Shown here piece by piece: positions 39,214-51,800 of a stretch of DNA of 64,000 nucleotides; the first letter of the stretch is position 1, and each line of letters opens with the position of its first letter. The translations under genes and the position numbers were made by a program. This stretch comes from Phoronis australis (Eukaryota > Animalia > Phoronida): the NCBI GenBank assembly GCA_002633005.1, contig NMRA01000468.1, positions 1 to 64,000 on the forward strand. Reading direction: 5' to 3'. The notes beneath the pieces are model-generated. The model made no database searches and was not told the origin of the DNA. It saw only the letters and a list, made by a program, of their open reading frames with translations.

Positions 39214-39344
39214 CTGGGAGCTTTCAAATATAAAAGTCCATGGTCCCAGTCGCCAACAAGTCTGTTTTTGATTTCAGAAAATTCTTTATTAAAGCCTTTG
39301 AAACACAATTTACAAATAGGTCTTGAAAATTCTTTATTAACCAT

Positions 39345-39594
39345 GGTCCTGTTCCAAGAAACTGACTTAAGTTAATTTTTGACTTAAGTCTCTAAGATTT
39401 ATCTTAAGTTCCAAACTTTGAATTTTCCACATTTGGAAACTCAGTCAAAATTAAGACAAAATTTAGGTAACACACTTATGTCAAACTTAAGATCTCTTTC
39501 TTGAATTGGTTTTGAGACAAATCTAATTTTTATTTTAGAATTTACTAAAATTTAAGATTTGTCTTAGCTAAGTCAGTTTTGTTGGAACGGGCCC
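39345..39594. mobile_element. PIF/Harbinger-like MITE with 3-bp TSD
   Basis: CAT|GGTCCTGTTCCAAGAAACTGACTTA ... TAAGTCAGTTTTGTTGGAACGGGCCC|CAT. Confidence 0.7.
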
Positions 39595-39700
39595 CATCTC
39601 TTTAGATATAACGATCAATTCCTCAGTCTTAGATCTCTCAACCTAAGAAGTTCGCTTCTAGGTCCTTCGTACGTATTTTGCTGGTTTTGTTCGTCTTTTT

Positions 39701-41101
39701 TTATTTTTTCTTATTTTTCCGGGTGCGTTTGGAAAAAGCTGGTTTTCTCACAGGCGACGCAGGAGGACAGTGACTTCTTGGTGGGAGATTATGTTGGAAG
39801 GGACGGATGTCATGAAAACGTGCTCTGCTTTCACAAGCTACGTGTTCATTAACGTTGTAAATGTTCTGGTCAATACAAGCAAGGAAGGTTAGCCGCAGTC
39901 CAAGCATGTCTGTTGTTAGCCACATATCGCCGTGCTTCATTGTATGTTTTGTTTGACAGGTGTTACAGTACGGACCACTGTGATGCCTAGACAAAGATGT
40001 TAAAATTGCACAGTGATGTCCCCCACAGGTGAAGCAACACAATTTCAAATTCTGTTCTTCTTTCCAACCGAACACTGACGTAAATGGATACATTTGACCA
40101 ACAATAAGCAATGGCAAAAAATAATCATACGCTTTAGCAATTCTGTGAACTAGAAAAAATGCGCCTATGCACACACAAAGGTAAGATGACACAATCAAAT
40201 AAGACTCCTCTACGATTTCTGAATGTCTCTGACAACTAAAATATGCCACTGAAGAATATGGGAAACAAAAAGGGTTTATGTACTGAAGCATAAGTCCCGT
40301 AACTATAAAAACAACTGCAAGAAATGAATCTCCAATTGCATTTTGAAACTCTGAAAAGCTCATATAAACTGCTTTGCTGATAAGTGTTTTGTCAAAGTCA
40401 GTTTCCACGTAGGCCCTGTGGTCAGCTTGACTTTTGCCAGTGGTGTCAATCGTGCGGTCAAGGTCGACCTCCACGCTATTTATCGAATCTTCTAATTTCT
40501 TTGCTGCCGCTAATACAACTGACGTAGAGCCCATCTTCACAAGTTCTTTAACTTCATTTTTTAATTGAGTGACCTTATACTTGAAATTCGCAGATTGTTT
40601 TTTGTCAACATCCAGACAACTTTTTGAAGTGATTGTTGACAACTTTTCTAAAAGACGACATTCAAATATTTTGCCTAATTCTTCAATGCGAACTATATTG
40701 TGCCCAACATCCTCACCGTCAACGTGCTCTCTCTTACACGAAATGCACATCATCACGTTGTCACATGTTAAGCACACGGATGAGGCCAAGCCAACAAAAC
40801 AGAGACTGCATTTCTCGCCATCTGAATGCTGCTTCAGTGACTCTACCAAATTCTTGACAAGATTATTGCTGTAGAATTGCTTAGCGCCACCGCGAGGAAC
40901 TGTTATAGAATGGCGGCAATTCGGGCAAGAATATTTACCCCCTCGTGAACGGGCTTTAACGTCTGCCTCCAAACATTCCGAACAGAAGTCGTGTCCACAT
41001 TCAAGCGAGCGTGGGTTCCTTAATATTTCCGTACATATGGAGCACACAAGACCTCTGTCTATAATTTGCTCTTGTTCTTCTCTTAATTTTGCCGTCGCCA
41101 T
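39701..41101 (-). CDS. TRIM-like RING E3 ligase: C3HC4 RING, B-box-like domain, short coiled coil, 2-3 TM segments, second Cys/His cluster; single coding exon
   Basis: Uninterrupted ORF (479 aa from 41140; likely start MATAK at 41101 after a splice acceptor). RING CSIC...LECGHDFCSECL...CPNCR; B-box CSLC...CLTC...CISCKREH...H; hydrophobic SFLAVVFIVTGLMLQYI and SYLIVSSYLCVCIGAFFLV. Confidence 0.85.
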   Translation of the reverse strand: MATAKLREEQEQIIDRGLVCSICTEILRNPRSLECGHDFCSECLEADVKARSRGGKYSCPNCRHSITVPRGGAKQFYSNNLVKNLVESLKQHSDGEKCSLCFVGLASSVCLTCDNVMMCISCKREHVDGEDVGHNIVRIEELGKIFECRLLEKLSTITSKSCLDVDKKQSANFKYKVTQLKNEVKELVKMGSTSVVLAAAKKLEDSINSVEVDLDRTIDTTGKSQADHRAYVETDFDKTLISKAVYMSFSEFQNAIGDSFLAVVFIVTGLMLQYINPFCFPYSSVAYFSCQRHSEIVEESYLIVSSYLCVCIGAFFLVHRIAKAYDYFLPLLIVGQMYPFTSVFGWKEEQNLKLCCFTCGGHHCAILTSLSRHHSGPYCNTCQTKHTMKHGDMWLTTDMLGLRLTFLACIDQNIYNVNEHVACESRARFHDIRPFQHNLPPRSHCPPASPVRKPAFSKRTRKNKKK

Positions 41102-41285
41102 ATTCGCTTGCTCTGTAAATATATGAAATTCTGAAGACATTAAAATGTAAATTTATTTTTTATTTTCATTCTTAGATTTGGAAAAGTTGACTTTGTATGT
41201 AGTTCAAGTGGATCTAACTACCTTTGTTTCAAGCTGTACTTGTACTACTATTAAATTATGAAATTACGTACAAAGTTATACTTGA

Positions 41286-42008
41286 AGAGGCATGGAACGC
41301 GAAAGCTCGTCAAAATATCTTTTCAACAATTCCTGACAAAAGTACCATCTCGCAACGTCTGCTACAGCGTTATTCACTTCCTTGTGAGGAAATTTCCAGA
41401 AAAAAATCACAAAATTCACAATTTTTGAAATATGCGCAAAGAAAAAAATCTGTACTAACCACAGAGTTTATAATCTCCCTCCCACTTATGTGCGCTCACA
41501 GTCATTGGACTAACAGCGGACTGACAACATGGATATTAACTGCCAATCATAACGTGTCACGAACGGCTCCGAATCTGACGTCGACAGCACAGTATGAGTC
41601 ACGCTACTAAAGCAAGCGATTTCCCAAAAAGAATTCCAAGTGCATCTTTGAATGGTACTATAACTTTATAACTAATTTTTAAAAGTGAGAATTTATATGA
41701 ATTGCCTCTGGCTGCTGCTTAAAGTCGCCATTGTTTTGTTTATGTCAAAGGTCACATTTTCCATGTGAACATGTGTTACGATGTCTTACCATACCAAATA
41801 AGGAGATGAGCTTTGCTTTTTGGGAGAAAAATCGACGAAGAAGTTATTAGTTTTAATTTGAATCTAAAAATGAATAAACATCAACAGAAATTCAAAAATT
41901 TTACAAACAAACCATAGAAATACCTGGTGAGTAGGTTAAATTCTATTTCTGTGGAAGTAAATCACTTTGAATAATGCAATTTAGTATGTTTTTAGAGTTC
42001 TAAGCCTT
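41286..42008. mobile_element. Kolobok-like TTAA MITE, copy 3 (with internal insertion ~41505-41745)
   Basis: AGAGGCATGGAACGCGAAAGCTCG start. Collinear with 29071-29617 before and after the insertion; right end degenerate. Confidence 0.7.
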
Positions 42009-43809
42009 CAGACAAGGCGGGGGTAGCTACTACTGGCTGTACGCTTGTTCAGCTATATTCGTATGGGTATGTAATCATTTTTGCCCCATATTTGTCGCAT
42101 GGTGTATGGAATGCAATGTGGACGCTAGACTGAACAGGGACAAGTTGTTCTAGAGTATCTTTTTGTTGGACACGACTAATGAGCCTTATGACCTATTGAC
42201 GATATTGCATTAACGGCGTCCATAGAAACTAGCGAAGCACATGATGGAGACGTTGTCATGTTTGGAAATATGACTGCGTTGGTTGACAATACCGTAAAAT
42301 TTTGAAAAGATACACCGAACACTTACATGCAGTTATCTCACAGTAGTGCATGTACAGTAAAACACTCATGCGGGGATGGTTGTACTTAATAGGCAAATAT
42401 GAATCAGCACAAGAATAACGTTTACTAACCTGCATGTATATATTCCAACGTACAGTATGTTGGCGTTTATGTGGGACGTCCAATTTGGAGAATCTTTGTA
42501 GTATCGGCTTCTTAAAAACTACAATGAAAATTTCTTCACAAACAGCCTCCCGACAACTTCCAAGAAATACAGCATCTCACCAATGAGGCACATTAGTGTA
42601 TGCTGGCGACAAACCAAGTGACCTGAAATCAACTCACTATTGATTGCATGGGCAACATGTTGGTTCGCCCGAATTCCCAAAATCAATAGACTTTCAAAAA
42701 GCTTAACCCATTTTCATCAACACAAAGAAAAACACGAATTGGGCCTACTTCACAAACAACAAGTGCTCATTTGTCAGCGTTGCACTACAAGTTGTACAGC
42801 GGTATGGTGTGACGTAAGGGGGCCCGACAAGCCGGAGAGCCGCTGCACAACTGAACGAGAGGGCTGTGCATGAGGCCTTTATGATAGATAATTGTTCGTG
42901 ACTAGGAGAAGGAGGCCATTATCTTCCTTCCAGGTCGGCGTTTGTAACGCAACGAAACCATGTTTACGCCCTTGCTGATTGATACATTGGTATGAAATTC
43001 TGTTCCTGATTTTATCATTTTTAACCTCGGGCCAAATTGTACATGCTGGTGACTGAGTCGTAATTGTAAAAAAAGTTCATTCCATGCTAGATAAACACAC
43101 AGTCGTCGTTTCAGTTCAAGTCTTCATTGAATGAATGATGGAGACCTGAACGTACAAGTAAAGAAAAGGCTTACTGGATGGCTTAAAGATAATAATAATA
43201 TACTCTAAATTGGACCTAAAATGAATAACTGCGTAAAAGGCATCAATTCCTACCATGCAGTCGCGGAGACAATATAGTGGAGACACCTAGCGGTTATAGT
43301 ACGAACTATAATATAATTCTCAACATGCAGATTCAGTGGTGGATCAGATGCGGTAGGAAGGAGTGGCCTTTCAAGTTACAAACGAGAAGAGCAGGAGTAA
43401 ATAATAGCACCGTCCATCCAAAAGGTTTTAACGAAGAAAATACTCCGCCAAAACACCAGTGTACGCCCATTAGTCCAATCAAACGTCCCAATCTTTAGCT
43501 TTGAATGTTTTCCCCGATTGATCTAACTTCCAAAAGGTTTGTTAATTTTTCATCTACTTATCGAAGTCAGTCCTTAAAAGGGAAAATCGAACCTCCTCCT
43601 ACTTCCGGCCACCCAACCCGTATGGGTAAGTGCTAATCTTTGTCGGTGCCTGTTTGTCTTTGTTCCCGCTATAATAGCCAATAAAAAATAAAATAAGAAT
43701 GACACTCGCTTTCCGTTTAGTTGAAGCGTTCTTAGTCTCGTTTAACAAGTAAGTAACAAAGCACAACACCTAAACCTTGATAGAACGGACATCCTCTTAC
43801 ATTTTTTGT

Positions 43810-46384
43810 GTGTTTTTTTTTTAATACGTTTATTTACCCAAAAAGCATATCATTAATGAATAGTAGATACTAGAGTATAATACATCATCTTAATTAAACA
43901 AATAAGTATCTGGAAATTACTCCTAATGATTGGGCGAATAATTAGCCGAGAATAATATGAAAGGGGGGAAACTCATTCACACTCACATTCACACGATTTA
44001 ATTAACTTAACTTATGTTTACATTTACGTAGGTGCATATTTATGAAAAGGTCAATTTTCTTATAATACAACAGAAGTGGTTAAAAAAATAACACCATATA
44101 TTGTTTGAATCATTTTAAAGAGATGCCTGCAAAACCTTCCACTGTTCTGAAGTTTTATCCGAGGCATTAAATACAATGAGGTTCACAGCGTCAAAAAGTA
44201 TACATCTAAAATTATTAAAACAAGGTTGAGACCTATCTCTCGATGATGTATAAATATAATGTTGGGCATGAGTGTATATGGTATTGAAGATTTCGCTTAG
44301 ATTGCCAAAGAAGCAAACTAAGAAGTGGCACATAGATGGCTCAGTGTGTAAATTAAAAACTTTACTTATGAAATGATGTAAAGAATTCCAGAAACGTTTA
44401 ACACAGACGCAGCTGTAAAACATATGCTGAAAAGTCTGGACTTCGCCGCAGTAGGGACATTGGTCTGTTTGTGAAATACCAAATATTTTTAACATTTTGT
44501 TTGTATAAATTCTTTTGTGAATGAAAAAGTATTTAAACATTGACAAATAAGGGTTTATGGGTAGATTAAAAGGTAGATTATATATTTCTTTAATTTTGGC
44601 GTCTGTGTAGTAGTTGAGTAAAAACGCATAATTATCTGGTTTTACAGAAAACTTGTGAATAAATGTGTTTTTGATCCATGGAGTGGAATTATTGAAGAAT
44701 AAAAATCTAATGTTATTACAACTAACAATCCTTCTATCCGACGGACCCAGAACTTTCTTCAAGGTCGTTGTGGTGGAATAAAATGCTATGATAGACGTAT
44801 CCTTTAAGTTATAACTTTTCTTAATGCTTTCCCATTTAAGAAGTTTGTTCTGGCTATCTAAAAGATCTTCACAAAATATGAGGCCTGCATTGTACAGATC
44901 TTGGTAAAATAATGATTTACCGTTAACAGTTAAGTTACAATTGTTCCTTATCACTTGTTTGGCTATTGGTACTTCATTAAATATTTCAGGATTAAGAATA
45001 TCTAAGGTTGAGAGTACATCTTTGTAAAAAGAGTTCTTAATTTCGCATTTTAGGGTTTTCAGTTCAAAATTGGATGAAAAAATGAGGACACCGCGAATAC
45101 GACTGAAAAGATGCCTCGGGTATATCTTCCAACTTGCCTCATCCTCTGTATTAAAGCGCTTGACCCAATTAAATAATAAGTTTAACTTGATCAGTTCCAT
45201 GTTAGGATATTTCAAACCACCCTCTTGATATGGTAAAATGGTCACAGTTTCTTTAATTTTTGGTGGTTTATTTAACCAAACAAATTCTCTGATAAGTTTA
45301 TTAACTTCACTTTTTTGGAGATACCCACAGTTGACACTACATGAATGAGTTTCGATAAACCATAAGTTTTCGTAAGGAAGATTCTGCCTTTTATAGACAA
45401 ATTTCGTATTTTCCAAATATTAAGCAGGTCTTTAAGCTTTTGGATTTTATCATCAAAATTGAGTTTTTCAGCGTCATCCCCTCTTCCGCCAAAGAATATT
45501 CCTAGACTTTTAATGGGCTTTTGGGGCCAGCTGATTCCGTAAAGTGGTTTACGATTTCGGTGCATTGTTGACGCAAACATCCCTTGGCATTTTTTATAAT
45601 TCAAGTGGAGTCCAGATAATGTTCCAAAATAATCTAAAAATCTAAAACAGTTATTTCCAGATTCTAAGTCTTTAATGAAAAGAACTGTATCATCTGCATA
45701 TTGTGCAATTTTGATTTCGTGATTGGCTATTGTGAAGCCTCTAATTAATTCATTGCTTCTGATATGATGTGACATAATTTCCGCGCACAGGACGAACAGC
45801 GGACTTGATAGTGGGTCTCCTTGTCGGAGGCCTTTCTCTATGTTAAAATACTGTGATGTAAATCCGTTGTTCATCACACATGACGAAATTCCAGAATACA
45901 ATGTACGGATTCTATTGATAAAAACGTCACCAAAATTAAAAGCTTTTAAGGACTGAAATAAAAACTCCCACTTTACAGTATCATACGCTTTCTTGAAATC
46001 GAGGAATACAATGTGACGGGGGGTATGCTTTTCTTTATAAAATTCAATCATATCGTCAATTACACGTATATTCTGGCCTATATAACGTTTCGGCAGGGAT
46101 GTTTGATCTGGATGAATTAAATTGTCAATATATTTGTATATTTTGTTTGCGATTGTTTTAGTTATTAATTTATAGTCACAGTTCAAAAGAGAGATAGGTC
46201 TCCAATTATCTAAAGATAGTAATTCCTCGGACTTTTTACTTTTCGGGATTAACGTGATTACGCCTTGCTTTTGAGAACTGGACATGTGACCGATTCCAAA
46301 GCTGTAGTTGACGCTCGCCAATAAATCGTCTTTGATTACCTTCCAAAAGGTTTTATAAAATTCATAGCTGATGCCATCATTACC
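43810..46384 (-). mobile_element. 5'-truncated L1/Tx1-clade LINE (RT plus C-terminal CCHC), one visible frameshift
   Basis: GNDGISYEFYKTFW, NWRPISLLNCDYKL, LDFKKAYD, GLRQGDPLS, QYADD and CPYCGEVQTFQHMFYSC. The 3' UTR ends in AATAAA plus an A-run near 43810-43835. Confidence 0.93.
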
Positions 46385-47478
46385 ATTGAGGCGTCCCTCC
46401 TTAACAGTCTACAAGAGTTTGGTTTTACGGTGGAATATTTACAAGAGCATCTCGTTGCATTTGCACGTGACGGCACCTGTGTCTTGACTGGAAAACGTTC
46501 TGGAGTTGCAACAAGATTACGCGAACGCTTACCTAGACTTTTGACATGATACTGTTTAAACAACAGACTTGAGTTGGCAGTTGGGGATGCAGAGGTGACT
46601 GGGTGTGGTCATTTCAGAATATTTATGGATAAACTCTATTCATTTCACAGCAGATCACCCAAAAACCTAGCCGAGCTGAAAGTGCAGCTGCTGATCTTGA
46701 GTGCCATTTTGTTCTAAAAGGTCGGGTGCTTAATGTTCGCTGGGTGGCACACAGTTTCATAACGGTAAAGGCGGTGTGGAGGTAATTGAACGCACTACAT
46801 CAACTTTTCGAGTTAGCCAGTGAAGACAGAAACTGTCATTCAAGTGACCGGGGGTATGTTTTTGGGATTACTGCGATACTTGGAAACTCCCACCTTCATT
46901 CAGAATCTTGTGCTGATGCATGATGTGCTAGAAAAGCTGTCAAGCCTTTCTCTGGATCTACAATGCAGAACCACAACCATGAGTACCGCAAGCAGACAAG
47001 TTTATTCGTCGGAAAGTTTGCGTGCTCAAGTCTATGGTTAATAATCCCGTGCAGGCTTTCGCCACTTCACTGACATGCATTAAAGAGAAGAGGTTTGGGT
47101 CACTGCAACTGAAGGAAACTCTTAAAGGAACTACCGTGGCCATAGGCCCTGGTCAAAGTGTTGTTGTGAACCTGGAACGGCGTTAACTTGACAATGATGA
47201 GCAGTCATTTTGCTCCGTCTGGGCATCTTGGAACTCAAACCGTGGCCGATGGGACCCGGGATAAGACATGGCGAGCATGCAGTGAGGCGTATTTGCGAAC
47301 GGTTTGGGCTGGTTGCCACATCGGCAATGCAGGGGAATGCGCGAGTTCATAGAAATGGAGGAAAGGGTTAGAGTAAACAATCTACCAAGTGCTCTGTGAC
47401 AACAGGACCTCTGTATTAGGACTCTTCCTTGCAGTACAGCTGAATGTGAACGAGGATTCAGCGAAATGGATAGGATAG
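46382..47478 (+). pseudogene. Decayed hAT transposase (KIAA1586/ZNF862-like)
   Basis: HLVAFARDGTCVLTGKRSGVATRLRE..., CLNNRLELAVGDA, RVLNVRWVAHSF.TVKAVWR and the hAT dimerisation motif TLPCSTAECERGFSEM; stops and frameshifts present. Confidence 0.85.
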
Positions 47479-47628
47479 CATGTGCGGATAAAGGATTTTG
47501 AGTTAGGGAAGGGAGCACGGCAGAGTATTAGCCAGGATTTTGCCTGTCAAACATCGGCACTCCCAAACTGCCCAATGGAATCATGGAGAATTTTAAGGGG
47601 GGCATGGCCCCCTTTAAATCCGCCACTG
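47479..47628. mobile_element. hAT-like GGATCC MITE, copy C
   Basis: catgtgcggataaaggattttgagtt...gcagagtattagccaggattttgcc...cctttaaatccgccactg. Confidence 0.7.
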
Positions 47629-48689
47629 GTATATTGGCTGACAGACCGCACTTCTCGCGCAGCGCTTATGGATGAAGCACCTTAAATAGTTTCCACAATA
47701 TTGCACTTCTTTTAAAAAAGGGTCGAACTAGCCCCGGCCTCCCCTATGTGTTTATTAAACATGTTTGTGCTTCAAGCACGCTGCTATCAAACAGCACTGC
47801 AGAAACAAAATAGTTGCTGGGACGCCACTTGCATGACAAGGCTAAAAATAGTTCACACTCCGCCATTTTTTCACGGTTTTGTAAGCTAACCAATGACTGC
47901 TGCGGTTACATCAACCTGAATGCTAAAGCGCGTGCCAGTGCCACTGCGTGAAACCTGCGTGCTGGCTAGGCAAGCAGGGAACTACCGAGCTTAAGCCTTC
48001 TGATAAATAAGATGGTATCGCTACCTGGCGAGTGGGACACCGGTCACAATTTTCATGAATATTTAAAACATCGCGGGTTTTAGTTTAACGCAAATGTTTC
48101 CCTCTTTGAACAACGCTTTGTATCTCAGTTCTGGTAAATTTCAACCAAATAATCCATCTGATGTTCATATTACTATCAAGTATCAAGTAATGCAGACTGT
48201 GCTGCAAACCTACAAAAACCTCTGAGATAGTAATCGTCGCCATCAGAGTACACCACGTATACCGAGACCGGTAGCAAAGCGGATACTATATCTCTTTGCC
48301 GGCACTGAGCTCAAATGTACCAACCTCTCATCACACAACCATTTAGGCTACACCTCATTATGCTGAATGCCTGGCGGTGTCTGCATAATGGGTATGGCCC
48401 CTGGCGACCTTACAACATAGGAGGCTAAAACAGAGCTAGCAGGGGGCTAAAATGATAGTATTCTATGTACCGGATGAAAAATCTCCCCACTTTACTCAGC
48501 GAGCAGGCCCTCAGCTGTAGGTTTAGTGAGTACTTTTAGTTCACCTGGCAATTTTATTTTCGTATTTTCCATCATATTCATTTCAAACGTGATAAGTTAT
48601 TGCGTTTTAAGTTGTAAAAATAAATTTGATGAAATATGGCAGTAAACTGTTGAAATTTGGAGTATCACTCAGTAATCTTTTTCTGGAAA

Positions 48690-48880
48690 TCAAACTCAAA
48701 ATTGTTCTTGGCATTTGCCATTCTACTTGGTGCGAACACAAGATAAGAGTTCTAGAGTACATTATAGTTATGCACAAGTTTTTGTAGTCCAAGTTGCACT
48801 TGATTCGAGCTACAAATTCGAGTAAAAACTCGAAATTTCGAGTTCAGACTTGAACTTTTAGCCTCTTGATGAACCCGAGC
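48690..48880. mobile_element. MITE-like dispersed repeat related to 13326-13551
   Basis: Reverse-complement similarity to 13326-13551; ends approximate. Confidence 0.45.
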
Positions 48881-51800
48881 TAAATGTTTAAACGATTATT
48901 CACGTAAGCCATTATGTACACGAGCATAGAATAACAGACACTTATTCTGAGTTCACACAAAAGTAGACGTTGGTCCATGGCCCACTCAGTTCACACGAAC
49001 AGTTCTTTATACTCATGTATGGTAGCCAGTCGATATTTTTCTTGAAGGTGTTCCTTCTGCCACTCAGTCACGACCAAAATGATAAATATTCTACAGTTAA
49101 ATTCATGAAAAGCTACCCGGGTAGAACCTATTTCACAAACATGTAGAATAAGTAATAACAACAAAAGTGTATTAAAATGGTGAACAGGGTTTTTAGTCAT
49201 AATATCTAACGCAGTTTTAAACCCGCCTTCTGTCACGCAAAAACAATTTTTGGTTGAGACTACCCTCGTCAGGTAGGTCACAGTGCGATATCTGGGTATG
49301 CCAGAACTGACAGTTCATTACTTCTTGAGACTGTGCTCTACGAAGATGACGTTGTCTGGGCGTGTCATTTTATTCGACGAGGATGGTGTCTAGAAATAAC
49401 GGACTGTCAGTTCTTTGCAAGACCAAAACCATCTGTGTGGGCAAAAATATGAGGAGAACTTTATAACGGTGCGTGTTCCAAATAAAAATCGACAGAACAC
49501 TGGTTTGTTGCCGTATAAAACTGACAGCAACGATCGAAGGTCATACTGCGGAATTTTACAGTTATCACTTGTCAACGGAGGCATGCCAGCAGGGGGTATT
49601 CGACGGCATAGCATGAGCTAAAAAGACGTCAATTGACCATGTAAAGTAAATGGTTGGTGATTTCGGAGATTAGGCTTACACAAAACATGTCCATAGCTCA
49701 GTTATTGCTAGCGTCAACCGTGTGTGGAATACTGTGGTCACAGTATCTACCTGAACTGTCCAGGGGCATTTCGTTGAGTCGGGTTGAGTTACGTAGACGC
49801 AACAATCTTGCGAAGGAAGCTAGCGTGATCGCTTGCGAGTCAGTGGTGATATCTCGCGAACCCTCGGTCCTGTTGCGGCGTTTTCGCGAGGCTCTCGAGT
49901 CGCGTCTACGTCTCGTCACCTAAGATTCCTGGTGCATGGGGGTACATTCGAACCAGGCCGGAGTACCCCTTGGTTACGAGCATGGCGAAAGTGCCTCTGT
50001 AGAAAATTGATTTGCCGACGAATGCGCCGGAAGAAGTATCACTCCATCTTGAAATCCGATAACACCCATATAAAAGAATGGGTTCAGTCCTGATGCAGGT
50101 GTAGTCGGCTGAGGGCATTGGCGCGAAAGAAAAACACGAGCCTACTGTTGTACTACACTTGATCCTTGTTGCCACTGAAAGGCGGCTCTGCCAGCATTTC
50201 TCGCAGACGTTTTCCAAGAAATTCTATTTCCATTCGCGGAGTGTCGTAGGTGACCTGACTCCTTGTCCAGTGAGGCTGCAAGAAGAGCGGATGCTACATT
50301 GAGATCGTAAATTTCATCTTGCGAATAACGTGTAAACTGTAAGTGTCCAAATTTATTCATTGAGTATGATTTATAACCTCTTAGATGTTCAGTAGATGCA
50401 TGGAATTACACGAACGTGGACTCATTATAGTCGTGAGAGACCAACTTAGCTTGGAGTAAGTTACTCTCACTGTTTCCGATGCCTCTTCGATTATATATAT
50501 TAACATGTACATGTATTTAGATTTCTCAAATTCAGAAATATGCTGCTATAAGAGCGCCATGCAATATACAGCAGGGTTTTAAACAATCATAAGGCCAAGC
50601 TTTCCTTGAAAACCGGGTTAAGTCAATACAATGGTGTAGGACCAGCAACATCAAGTATTGTTTGGTGCCCGGTAAGGCCTGCAGCGTATGTTGTCTGGAG
50701 AGACTTACCGTTTATTCTCATTGCAGTGAAAATCTGGTGCCATGCTTATAGGGTTGAACTCAGAATTGAGTGTCATTACGTCAGTCAGTAAGATAGACAG
50801 ATAGATAGTTAATTTATTTATCTATTCATCAAAACAAATAGTCATGCATCGACACAAATCTTTTCTACTTGACAAGAGGTAGACTTGAATCAGTCGAAGG
50901 TAAACTAAGGTTCTACTAAAACTATATGTATAATAGTCACTGATTACTTCATTAGAAATATCAAAACAAGGCAAGTTTCCTTTCCGAAGCAAACTTCCGT
51001 TTCGATCGTTCCCAAATACTGAGGAACGTTGTTGCATCCACCTAGACACTTTGCATTCTTTAATGGCAAACTTCGTCTTTTTACCCAAAGTTTAACAATC
51101 TTTCAATCTTGATTTGAATCTGTTCTTTGCCAAACTACTTTTGGGCCGTGCTTAGAAAATGTCGAATTCCACAACATGCTCATTGAGTCGACTCGGTCAA
51201 AATATTAGTGCGCAGCTTGGTGACACCTTCCGCCAAAATAGTGCAAAAATATATATTTGACGGATTATACCTTCGCTTTCAACTAGGTTTATATGTTAAC
51301 CTTCTGGCTTCGGTAAAATCAGAAACGTTTGAGTTTTTCATTAGATTGAGCTAGTCACCACGACTTATAGGTCAGAGGTCATTTCAGCAGCTAGCCTATG
51401 TTTACAGGGTTGAGCCGATCGTACTTATTGATTCAATTGGTCGTTTTTGTGGCTTCTTCTACCCATCGTCATGCTTAGACTGTAACTTATCCTACTTTGG
51501 TATTACATTATACTCTAGTATTATGCTGGCATAGTTTTTCTACCACTTGAAGTGACGAAACAAACCGGCGTTTAAGAATGGAAAGCGGTCTTAGCAACCA
51601 GCCGTACGGCGTGTAAAACGCAGGGAACGTGCACCTGCTATGTCGAGGATGTTTTAAATGTAAGGCGAGATTATCGATTATTTTATACTGAAACGTGTTG
51701 TAATCATCCCGTGTGTCCCATCGCATGGTTTTGCTTAAGAAAGGTTCTAAGGGTTTTTAGAAGATTGCAAGTAAAGTTTAGCTTGGTTCAGAAGAAGATT

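Noticed and set aside
49240-49280. Minus-strand CTGACGA-GGGTAG..CAACC-AAAA hammerhead-like core
   Set aside because: G12 is missing, stem II is mismatched and there is no stem I; too degenerate to call.
50088-50112. TCC TGA TGC at the end of ORF 49833-50093 resembles the antizyme +1 frameshift site
   Set aside because: The +1 frame closes after 6 codons and no antizyme domain follows.
50151-50183. Minus-strand GATCAAGTGTAGTA matches the U2 snRNA branch-recognition region
   Set aside because: Only 14 nt match exactly; the flanks align poorly and there is no Sm site or 3' stem-loops. Chance, or at best an unprovable fragment.
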